This document shows, one piece after another, positions 1 through 7,396 of a stretch of DNA of 15,087 nucleotides; the first letter of the stretch is position 1, and the number at the start of each line of letters is the position of its first letter. The position numbers were made by a program, and so were the translations under genes. Below the pieces are notes generated by a model that searched no databases, was not told where the DNA came from, and saw nothing but the letters and a program-made list of their open reading frames with translations. The stretch is from Oligoflexus sp. (GTDB taxonomy: Bacteria > Bdellovibrionota_B > Oligoflexia > Oligoflexales > Oligoflexaceae). The stretch covers positions 1 to 15,087 of the forward strand of contig JBGSTX010000056.1 of NCBI GenBank assembly GCA_041736305.1, given 5' to 3'.

Positions 1-574
1 GGGCTGACGCACTGTTGAGTCCAGAAGACAGATTCAGGACGATCTGGCCTTGGAGTTCGACAGTCTGATCTTCGTTCTTACAAGGAGTAAAGCGGGGAGA
101 GTCAACTCTGGCTACAAGGTTAACATCCGAAAATCCTTGGCCACCGTAGGCGCCCGAGACGCGCGAATAGTCACCAGAAGCTGCAAATCCATAGTTGAAA
201 TCTACGAGGGCTTGAGCGTGAGAGGGAGCCTCTCCGAGGTCGCTGTAGCCGACAACTGAACCTTCATTGATCCGGAGTTTTGAACCAGCCTTTATCTTAA
301 CTTGAGTCTTAACAAGACAGTTTTGGGCTACTGCTGAACCGGAACCTATAGCAGCGAAGTCAGCAAAATCTAGAACGAGAGTCTCATTGAACGCCCCATT
401 CTTCTGCTCACCCCCTTCAAGCCTAGCTTCGATGGCGGGCCCACAATTTTCAGCGGTGATACTTTGGACTTTGTTGGTGATGGGTCCCGTGAGGGGAACA
501 TTCATGGCCCAAAGAGTCTTAGGAGCGGTGCAAGCAAGCATAAATATCGCGGATAGGTACCGTGGCTGACTCAA
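1..574 (-). CDS. Secreted DUF4360-like protein, partial (3' end runs off the left edge)
   Basis: Manual translation of a stop-free minus frame (open from 778 to the edge). Probable TTG start at 574 with GAGG 5 nt upstream. MSQPRYLSAIFMLACTAPKTLWA looks like a signal peptide. The mature region NCGP...TLVLDFADFAAIG...QNCLVKTQVKIKAG...VVGYSDL...FTPC matches the Cys and beta-strand spacing I recall for DUF4360. Not in the ORF track because the stop lies outside the window. Confidence 0.7.
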   Translation of the reverse strand, partial: MSQPRYLSAIFMLACTAPKTLWAMNVPLTGPITNKVQSITAENCGPAIEARLEGGEQKNGAFNETLVLDFADFAAIGSGSAVAQNCLVKTQVKIKAGSKLRINEGSVVGYSDLGEAPSHAQALVDFNYGFAASGDYSRVSGAYGGQGFSDVNLVARVDSPRFTPCKNEDQTVELQGQIVLNLSSGLNSASA

Positions 575-756
575 GTTTGCCTCTTCAATGCAAAAGTTGT
601 TAAGGAGCGCTGGGTAACGCTTTGAAGGTTTTGCGTTTGCAGGGGAGAGACAGGAGAGTCCGATACTTATTGCGGCGAGAACAAAAATATCCAATGCTGC
701 TGGGAAGTGAGCCACTTCATGACAGGCATCCGTTCGCGAGCAGAAAAACCATATAC

Positions 757-1653
757 TTAAGAGCGGGTACCAGACCAGCTACCCTGGCGAGGGCCATTTT
801 CACCCTGACCATAGCTGCCAGTGAAATCGAGCTGCTGAGTAAACTGAAATTCAATCCAGCCTCTTCCGCCCATCGATCCGGGTACTTCCCAAAATCCACT
901 CATCAACTGACCATCTAGTTTGATGTTTTTTATTTTGCCGCAGAAGGAAACTCCTTCAGATGGACATACGCCACAAGGAAGTGAAGAGCTTGCCTCGTCG
1001 CCGACTCTGAAATGGCCTTCTAGCTGCCCGCCTTGCTGATTAAAGCAGAGCGAGTGAGCCACTCTCTTGTTAGCAGCGAGATAGCTAGCCCTCCACCACA
1101 AGCCACTAAGAGAAGGCAGCTGGCTGGCTTCCTCCCCCAAGATGATACCGATAGGCATCTGCTCCATAAAGAGGTCCGCTATGCGCCGAACTGCGAGACG
1201 CGATGCCGGATCTTTATAACTGAGATCAATCTGCTTATTACGGAGAGCAATATTGCTCGCGCTCTGTAGTTCTAAATTCGCGAGTCTGATAGAGCATGTG
1301 GGTTTATCGAGAGGACCGGTGCAAGTTCCCTCAGCTTTCCCGCTCTCTGTTTGGTAGCGCCGCACACCGTTCTCGTCCGTGATCTTATCCATAGTGATCT
1401 CAACTGACTTGCCAGTGAGAACCTTTGGGAGTTCATAGCGAACGCGACCACCTATGGCGGGCCCTGCTTCGAACACCGGCATGGCAAAGCGTGAGAGCTC
1501 CTCCATTTTAGCGAGACCGGCAGGACCTATTTTTGCAGCTTCAGTGGGCTGCCTCTCAGCGATCGAAGCGACAGGAAACTCATACTGCGCAGCCGAAAGC
1601 AATGAACTGGACCCTAGGGTCAGAAGGCCTAATAATTGGTTCAACTTATGCAT
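757..1653 (-). CDS. Secreted hypothetical protein, two domains, 6 Cys
   Basis: 298-aa ORF with AGGAG RBS and Sec signal (MHKLNQLLGLLTLGSSSLLSA). N-domain has YELPKVLTG, C-x8-C and FMEQMPIGII. C-domain is Gly/Trp-rich with beta-barrel-like strands (SGLW...SGFW...GWIEFQF...FTGSYG...GSWSGTR). Overlaps the upstream gene by 8 bp. Confidence 0.85.
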   Translation of the reverse strand: MHKLNQLLGLLTLGSSSLLSAAQYEFPVASIAERQPTEAAKIGPAGLAKMEELSRFAMPVFEAGPAIGGRVRYELPKVLTGKSVEITMDKITDENGVRRYQTESGKAEGTCTGPLDKPTCSIRLANLELQSASNIALRNKQIDLSYKDPASRLAVRRIADLFMEQMPIGIILGEEASQLPSLSGLWWRASYLAANKRVAHSLCFNQQGGQLEGHFRVGDEASSSLPCGVCPSEGVSFCGKIKNIKLDGQLMSGFWEVPGSMGGRGWIEFQFTQQLDFTGSYGQGENGPRQGSWSGTRS

Positions 1654-3493
1654 GTGAATCTCCTATCGATGAAGCCTGAGACTTGTTTAGTATGTAGCTC
1701 GTGCTGCGGCCCTTCCCCGTCCTGACTAGTACATGACGCTCTACGAGCTGCGAAAGATCGCGTGAGAGCGTGACTTTTGATATACCCTCGAAGAGACCGA
1801 GACAGCTAGCAAGATCTACTTCCTCATGCTGCTCAAGATAACGAAGAATCTTCCGCTGCCTTTGATTGATTGAATTTGACAATTCGGGAACACTGCCGCT
1901 CTGTTCAGCGGCCTGAAGCTTGTCCAAAAATGACTTTTCCTGCCATGAAGGTGCTAGGTGGATGACAGTAAAGTCGTTACGCAGAGAGTAGCTACCGCTC
2001 TCATGCGATACAAGATACGATTCCGCAGGGCCAAGCAAAGTTCGTACTCGAGACATCAGACTGTATACGAGCGCATCATGACGCAAAGGATTGTAGGTAT
2101 ATCCCCAAAGGCCTTTTACGAGGTCTTCACGGGCTGTTTCTCCCTGGGCAAGGATCTGGAAAAGCTTGGCAATCTGCGAGTGCAGCTGGAGTTTATGGGC
2201 TTCTACCTGGCCGTGAATCATGAGCAGGATGAGACCGGGTAGGGCGTTGAGCACCAGGTATGGTCTCTGCCGAGGCAGATCGAGCACTTCATAAGCGAAG
2301 CTCCAGTACCCCAGTTTTTCGATGCGCTCGAGTTTATCTTCGCGGCTAAACTGGACATCGTGGAGCTCGTCTATGAGATCTCCCAAAGGATCTCTGCCCC
2401 AATTTTGTCTCGGCCCTGAGCGCAGTCTGAGCTCGATTCGGTGGCCGATGTGATAAGCGCTCTTGCTGAGCAAATTGAGCCGGGCCTCGAAGCTTGGGTC
2501 TTCGGCCGAGGGTTTTAAAGACTGCACTGCGGCCCGCTGCAGACCTAGAATCTGCACCTGTGAGCGGAGGTCATCAGGCATAGGCCTCAACTGCTGCGCT
2601 ATGCGTAAAGCTTTCTCTGCTTCCCCTTTGAGATAGAAAACGTAAGCTCGGCGAAAATTGAGAAGCAGGGAGTAGGTCTCGAGTCCCTCGCGATGAATGA
2701 TTTCTCCGGCCTTGATCAGAGTTTGATCGGCGAGCTGCAGCTGTCCTGTCAGCGAATAGAGTCTGGCGATTTCCAAATAGGTGCCGGCGAGACTGAAATT
2801 GTTCTCTTCCTTTTCCAGTTCTACGAGCAGGTTTTCGAGAGAACTGAGACTCTCGGCCGGATCGATAGAATGCTTAGCGCGATAAGTAATGAGGGATCTT
2901 GCAATCGCTTGCGCATGGCTTAGGTTGCCTAAAGCACTGAAGTAGCTATGGGCCTGCTCGAGAGATTTCAGTCCTAAGAAAACATCCCCTATAGCCACCT
3001 GGGCGTGACCCTTGAGATCGCTGGCTAGGGCTCGGGCATAGTAGTCGTTAGCCGCTACCGCAGAGCGCTGTGCTTTACTCACAAGATTCAAAGTCTTTTG
3101 GAAGCGGCAATCGACGAAGCGTAGAAAACCGAGAGCTTGGTAAATCCAGAACCGGCGTGCGAGCCCATGCTGCCGAAGGGCAAGTAAAGGCCGCAGATAG
3201 CTGCGTACTTTTTCAGAATGCCCAGAGCGACTCAGGCCTATAATGAGGAAAAAAAGAGTCGGGGCTTGCTGTCTCGCTTCCAGGCGGTAACCATGCTCTT
3301 CGAACAGGACTTCTGCCTCATCAATGCGACCTAGAAAGCAAAGAGAGCCAATGAGAGAGGGCAGCTTATCCTGCACAAGACTGCCCGCTGCATTGTCCCA
3401 GAGTTGTTCGACCAGCGTGCTGTGCGCGCCTGCGAGGAAGAGTTGTTCAAAATCGCTCATTGGTTCCGCCAGTGCAGTTATCAGAGGCAGCAT
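1646..3493 (-). CDS. TPR-like repeat transcriptional regulator with OmpR-type wHTH plus DeoR-like wHTH
   Basis: 615-aa ORF. The N-terminal ~350 aa are Ala/Leu-rich helical repeats (e.g. ALASDLKGHAQVAIGDVFLGLKSLEQA, LAGTYLEIARLYSLTGQLQLADQTLIKA). REDLVKGLWGY...LVYSLMSRVRTLLG...GSYSL is Trans_reg_C-like. NQRQRKILRYL...ISKVTLSRDLSQLVERHVLVRTGKGRSTSY is a DeoR-like wHTH. The start could instead be the second Met (MSDFEQ). Confidence 0.85.
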   Translation of the reverse strand: MLPLITALAEPMSDFEQLFLAGAHSTLVEQLWDNAAGSLVQDKLPSLIGSLCFLGRIDEAEVLFEEHGYRLEARQQAPTLFFLIIGLSRSGHSEKVRSYLRPLLALRQHGLARRFWIYQALGFLRFVDCRFQKTLNLVSKAQRSAVAANDYYARALASDLKGHAQVAIGDVFLGLKSLEQAHSYFSALGNLSHAQAIARSLITYRAKHSIDPAESLSSLENLLVELEKEENNFSLAGTYLEIARLYSLTGQLQLADQTLIKAGEIIHREGLETYSLLLNFRRAYVFYLKGEAEKALRIAQQLRPMPDDLRSQVQILGLQRAAVQSLKPSAEDPSFEARLNLLSKSAYHIGHRIELRLRSGPRQNWGRDPLGDLIDELHDVQFSREDKLERIEKLGYWSFAYEVLDLPRQRPYLVLNALPGLILLMIHGQVEAHKLQLHSQIAKLFQILAQGETAREDLVKGLWGYTYNPLRHDALVYSLMSRVRTLLGPAESYLVSHESGSYSLRNDFTVIHLAPSWQEKSFLDKLQAAEQSGSVPELSNSINQRQRKILRYLEQHEEVDLASCLGLFEGISKVTLSRDLSQLVERHVLVRTGKGRSTSYILNKSQASSIGDSHA

Positions 3494-3495
3494 GC

Positions 3496-3518
3496 GCCTA
3501 TAGGATTAAGTTATAGGC
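3496..3518. promoter_or_regulatory. 7-bp inverted repeat GCCTATA-N9-TATAGGC, possible operator
   Basis: Perfect 7-bp arms lying 2 nt upstream of the regulator ATG at 3493. Confidence 0.3.
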
Positions 3519-3830
3519 CTTTAAGCTGCTAGCTGGAACAGGAAGCACCTTGAAAAAACTGATATGATTTGCTGCGACTGAGGGTGTAAGTCATTTATAC
3601 ATACACTAAGGTATCCCTAGAAACTCAGTCCTGACAGCAGTTCTACAGCTTTCTTCTCTCCTACCTATCAAAAGGCTTCTACCCCAGTCCAATCAAATCG
3701 CATCATCAAATCACAGGCCATAGCGATTACGGATTCGCCCGGAGCGAGTTAGAACTAGGTCAGTCGCAAATCTCTGCAAATCAGGATGGTGCGGAAGTTC
3801 TAAACGAGAAATCTACTAAGGAAAAGTTCT

Positions 3831-4628
3831 ATGAAAAACTTGAAGTTTACCAGTTTAGTAAGTCTGTCTTTGCCCTTGTATTTGACTCTGGCTTGCGGCG
3901 GTGAAAATCACTCGGACCTTACTTCAGGAGGTCAGCAGGGCTTCGTCGTTCGCAGCGACAAGGGCCGCTCGCTTGCCGAGATCCAGGATACGGTGGAGCA
4001 GTATAGGAAGGATTTGGGTGGGGCTAACAATCTCAACGCTGTAGGCACTCAAGCTCAGGGTCATCGCGAAATTAATTGGGATGGCGTACCAGCTGACAAG
4101 TCAGCACCGAATCTCTTTCCTGGAGACTTCTTCAAAACGCGCGGTTTGCTCGTCAGCGCGCCTTGCGATCAGTTGCAGGTCAGCTCTAGCCTGGCCGAGT
4201 CGCCTAAAGTTGAGTTCTCCAACATCAAGCGCAATCTTTCCCAGCTCTTCAAGGCGTTCAGCCCCGAGAAGCTCTTCGCGCCTCTCGGCAGCAACACTCT
4301 GAACGTCACCTTCACAGTCCCGGGAAGCAAAACTCCCGCTACAGTATCTGGTTTCGGCGCTATCTTTTCGGATGTTGATCTTGCCCGTATCAGCAAAATC
4401 GAATACTTCGATATGCGTGGCAAGCGGATAGCCGAGATTCCTGTCGAAGCTGTCGAGCACGCGAACGAAAGCTTCTCTTTCGTCGGACTCAACTTTAAGA
4501 ACGGCCAAAGGATTGCGAAGGTGCGGATTACTACTGGAAACGTTCCTCTCCAGCAATACTCTCAAGAAAATGCGCGGGATGATTTAGTAGTAGTTGACGA
4601 CTTTCTCTATGCCGAGCCTGCCAATTGA
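3831..4628 (+). CDS. Lipoprotein, conserved hypothetical beta-rich extracellular domain
   Basis: 265-aa ORF with AAGGA RBS and lipobox TLA-C (Cys22). Motifs GHREINWDGVP, FSPEKLF, GFGAIFSDVD, SFVG and DLVVVDDFLYAEP resemble a conserved uncharacterised surface-protein family that I recall also in PEP-CTERM proteins. Confidence 0.85.
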   Translation: MKNLKFTSLVSLSLPLYLTLACGGENHSDLTSGGQQGFVVRSDKGRSLAEIQDTVEQYRKDLGGANNLNAVGTQAQGHREINWDGVPADKSAPNLFPGDFFKTRGLLVSAPCDQLQVSSSLAESPKVEFSNIKRNLSQLFKAFSPEKLFAPLGSNTLNVTFTVPGSKTPATVSGFGAIFSDVDLARISKIEYFDMRGKRIAEIPVEAVEHANESFSFVGLNFKNGQRIAKVRITTGNVPLQQYSQENARDDLVVVDDFLYAEPAN

Positions 4629-5235
4629 AAAACAGCCTGAACCTCGGGCGAACTGATCCATCGAGATCCTTTCGTTTATGTGTCGACATGGAATCCATAG
4701 CCTATTCCTTCATGGAAATAACCAGACCACGAGGTTCGCAGTCTGGCCTGTCTCTTCAATATTTGGAGGGAACGCAATCATTAGAGCTGAGCCGTGCCAG
4801 GAGGATAAGGGTCCCTTGAATATCTCTTTCGGTCACTCAACTCCCTAGGGCGAAATTTGGATTTGAGCGCCCTTCGTAGAAATGCTCTGCAAGTCCTTTA
4901 CCAAACTCGAATAAGCCTGGCTTTCTTTTGCTGAAGCTCGTTTCAAGCCTGCAAGGTAGAAAATATTTTCACAGACCCTATATTGAAATTCAGGCAGGGC
5001 GAATTTCCGTATAGACAACGGCTGCATTGATCGCAAGACAGCCTTGAATGGCCTGCTATAAAAGAAGTGAACTTGAATTCGTGATCTCTTCTCGGAAGAG
5101 ATGAGCGAAAAAGGATAAGAAAGTCGAAAACCTTAGACCAAGCTAAAAACTAAGGTCGAGAGAGAGCCTATGGTGAATTAGAGGCACAGATCTTGAAGGG
5201 AAAGTTTTTGAGAAGATCGACCTTATAAAAGAGAC

Positions 5236-5445
5236 ATGCAAAGGGACCCCCAAGTGAAAGAAAGATTGTCGCCCTTAATGATAGCCCCCCTTCTAAACCA
5301 AAAAATTGTAGCCGATCACCTTTTAAATACGCTGTCAGATCGAGAAGAAGTGGAAATGTTAGAGTCTATGATCAAGAGATACCTGGCCAGTAGAGAGGGA
5401 GATTTCGTCCGTTGCAATGAGGGTGAGAACCTTTTTAAGTTCTAG
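5236..5445 (+). CDS. Small hypothetical protein (69 aa)
   Basis: ATG start with purine-rich upstream sequence (AAAGAGAC), helical charged composition, fills an otherwise empty gap, and its end overlaps the convergent trmO end by 4 bp. No family recognised. Confidence 0.4.
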   Translation: MQRDPQVKERLSPLMIAPLLNQKIVADHLLNTLSDREEVEMLESMIKRYLASREGDFVRCNEGENLFKF

Positions 5446-6176
5446 CCTTCAAGGCGCAGCACTTCTATTACGTGAATAGACCCATCGATGATCTGCCAGC
5501 GAACATCCAGGTTCAAGATGCGAAAAGCAAACTTCATTCCCTGACTACTGGGAGACGTGAGAGGAGCCGCTTTCTTCTGCGATGTAGGTCGAGGGTCAAA
5601 GGCCAGCATCTGCTCGATCAGCTCTTTGATTCCCGCTTGCTCGCTGCTTGCCACTTGCTCGATGAGTGCGAGACTTTCGGCATTGAAGCTCACTGGATAG
5701 CGTTGAATTGTAGACTGGATCCAACCAGAATTTGCCTCCTCGATACGATCCGCAAAGGGGAGGTAGGGTTTAATATCGATAACAGGGGTTCCATCGAGAA
5801 TGTCGACCCCACTCAGATGTATCTCGATGCCATCCTTAGCTGCAAAATCGATACGATCGAGCTTGAGGGCCGACATTCCAATAGGGTTAGGTCGGTGCGG
5901 CGATCGAGTCGCAAAAACCCCCATGCGCTCCTGAGCGTCGAGCCTGGGAGTTTCGATAAGGGGATGCCAGGGTTTATCCAGATTCTTATGAAAGACAAAG
6001 ACCAGCCAGATGTGACTGAACTGCTCAAGATGACGCAATGCAGCTGGATAATTAGGGTCGGGATTGAGTTTGAGGACGCCTCGTGCTTCCGTCATCATCA
6101 AAGATTGACGTGGCACACCGAACTTTTCACGAAATGGCGTGGAAAGCTGGCCGATTGTTGAACACCAGTACTTCAT
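5442..6176 (-). CDS. tsaA: tRNA (N6-threonylcarbamoyladenosine(37)-N6)-methyltransferase TrmO
   Basis: Hallmark motifs TPFREKFGVPRQ, FSHIWLVFVFH, GVFATRSPHRPNPIGMS, GVDILDGTPVIDIKPY and the C-terminal DPRP domain. Confidence 0.96.
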   Translation of the reverse strand: MKYWCSTIGQLSTPFREKFGVPRQSLMMTEARGVLKLNPDPNYPAALRHLEQFSHIWLVFVFHKNLDKPWHPLIETPRLDAQERMGVFATRSPHRPNPIGMSALKLDRIDFAAKDGIEIHLSGVDILDGTPVIDIKPYLPFADRIEEANSGWIQSTIQRYPVSFNAESLALIEQVASSEQAGIKELIEQMLAFDPRPTSQKKAAPLTSPSSQGMKFAFRILNLDVRWQIIDGSIHVIEVLRLEG

Positions 6177-6290
6177 TTTGACCTAATAACGTAGTTTTTT
6201 GATGAATCCAACGGACTCTCTCCGCAGGCAAAATGCTTACACGCTAGGCGGGAGTTTGCGAAGACAAATCCCACGGTTTAAACCTAGGTC

Positions 6291-7277
6291 TCAGCTGCGG
6301 CGGGTTTGCTCTAATAGTCTCACCAGTTGCTGGCCGCGCCCTAAAACCAGCAGGGTGTCGTCCACTTCGATGGCCATTTCATCAGAAGGAGGTAAATCCA
6401 TTTTGCCTATTTTCCTCTTTAAACCGGCTAAAACTAAGCCCCCCTCTCCTGGCCGCAGTTCTTTAACGGTCTTGCCAATCGCAGGGGCTCCTGCTTCGAC
6501 AGTGATAATAGTCATGTCTACTTCCAACTCTTTTCCGCTTAAAACTTCATAAAAATCTTGCAACTGAGGCTTCATAAGCATTTGAGCCATCCGGTTGGCT
6601 CCGGCTGAATAAGGACTGACGATGCGATTGGCTCCCGCTCTTTTCAATTTCGCTACAGCCTCATCTGCACTGGATCGGGCGACAAGGAAGAGTTCCTTTT
6701 GAAGGAGACGAGCCGACATAACTGTAAGAAGATTGTCCGCATCGTTCGGCAGAACACTGGCTAAACAAGCAGCTTTCTCGACACCCGCAAGGCGCAGTAT
6801 GTTGTCAGATGATGCATCACCTTGAATACACATCCAACCTAAAGCCCGCGCTTCTTGCACTCGATCTCCATCTGTTTCGATCAGTACAAATTCCTTACCA
6901 GCATCGGCCAGCTCACGAGCCACTGCCCGCCCCATCCGCCCGAAGCCACAAACGATCGTGTGGTTTTTCAACTTCTCAATATGTCTATCCATGCGTCGAT
7001 GCTCCATCAGGCGTTTCAGGTCTCCATTCATCGAAATTTCGCCGAGCTTACTCAGACTATAGATGAAAAAAGAGAAGCCGAAAATGATGTAGACTATAAC
7101 AAATATCTTTCCGGGATCTGACAGGGGGCGTACTACCTCGTAGCCTATTGTCGAGAGCGTTATAAAAGCCATGTAGGCAGCATCTAGCCAGGAAAGATTC
7201 TCTAAGAATCGGAAACCGCAGGTACCTATGATCGGTAGAGCTATCAGGATGAACAGTATGCGACTGAGTTGATGCAT
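6291..7277 (-). CDS. Two-TM potassium channel with RCK (TrkA-N/TrkA-C) domains, MthK-like
   Basis: TM1, pore helix (WLDAAYMAFITLSTIGY), TM2, then Rossmann motif HTIVCGFGRMG, QGDAS, DADN, KLKRAGANRIVSPY and a C-terminal TrkA-C region. Confidence 0.93.
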   Translation of the reverse strand: MHQLSRILFILIALPIIGTCGFRFLENLSWLDAAYMAFITLSTIGYEVVRPLSDPGKIFVIVYIIFGFSFFIYSLSKLGEISMNGDLKRLMEHRRMDRHIEKLKNHTIVCGFGRMGRAVARELADAGKEFVLIETDGDRVQEARALGWMCIQGDASSDNILRLAGVEKAACLASVLPNDADNLLTVMSARLLQKELFLVARSSADEAVAKLKRAGANRIVSPYSAGANRMAQMLMKPQLQDFYEVLSGKELEVDMTIITVEAGAPAIGKTVKELRPGEGGLVLAGLKRKIGKMDLPPSDEMAIEVDDTLLVLGRGQQLVRLLEQTRRS

Positions 7278-7396
7278 GTACTAACCTTAGTCTGGCAGGC
7301 TTTAAGCTGCCAAATAGCTTTCTGACTCTAAAATATCTCAGAGCACATGCATCAGAGACTAGCACAAATCTCCAAGTTGATCCAAGGATCTGCAGC

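Noticed and set aside
50-918. Short ORFs 50-259, 387-569, 622-918 (+) and 717-899 (-)
   Set aside because: They overlap the better-supported minus-strand DUF4360-like and 298-aa genes and show no protein-like features.
964-975. CGVC as a heme c binding motif
   Set aside because: Followed by Pro, not His.
4081-4565. ORFs of 73, 154 and 107 aa inside the lipoprotein gene
   Set aside because: Alternative-frame or antisense shadows.
4625-5036. 64-aa (+) and 63-aa (-) ORFs, and an AGGGCGAA(A)TTT repeat at ~4847 and ~4997
   Set aside because: TTG starts, no convincing RBS or motifs. Two short repeat copies are compatible with chance and are not a CRISPR array.
5472-6161. 229-aa plus-strand ORF
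   Set aside because: Antisense shadow lying wholly within the strongly supported trmO gene, with no recognisable motifs.
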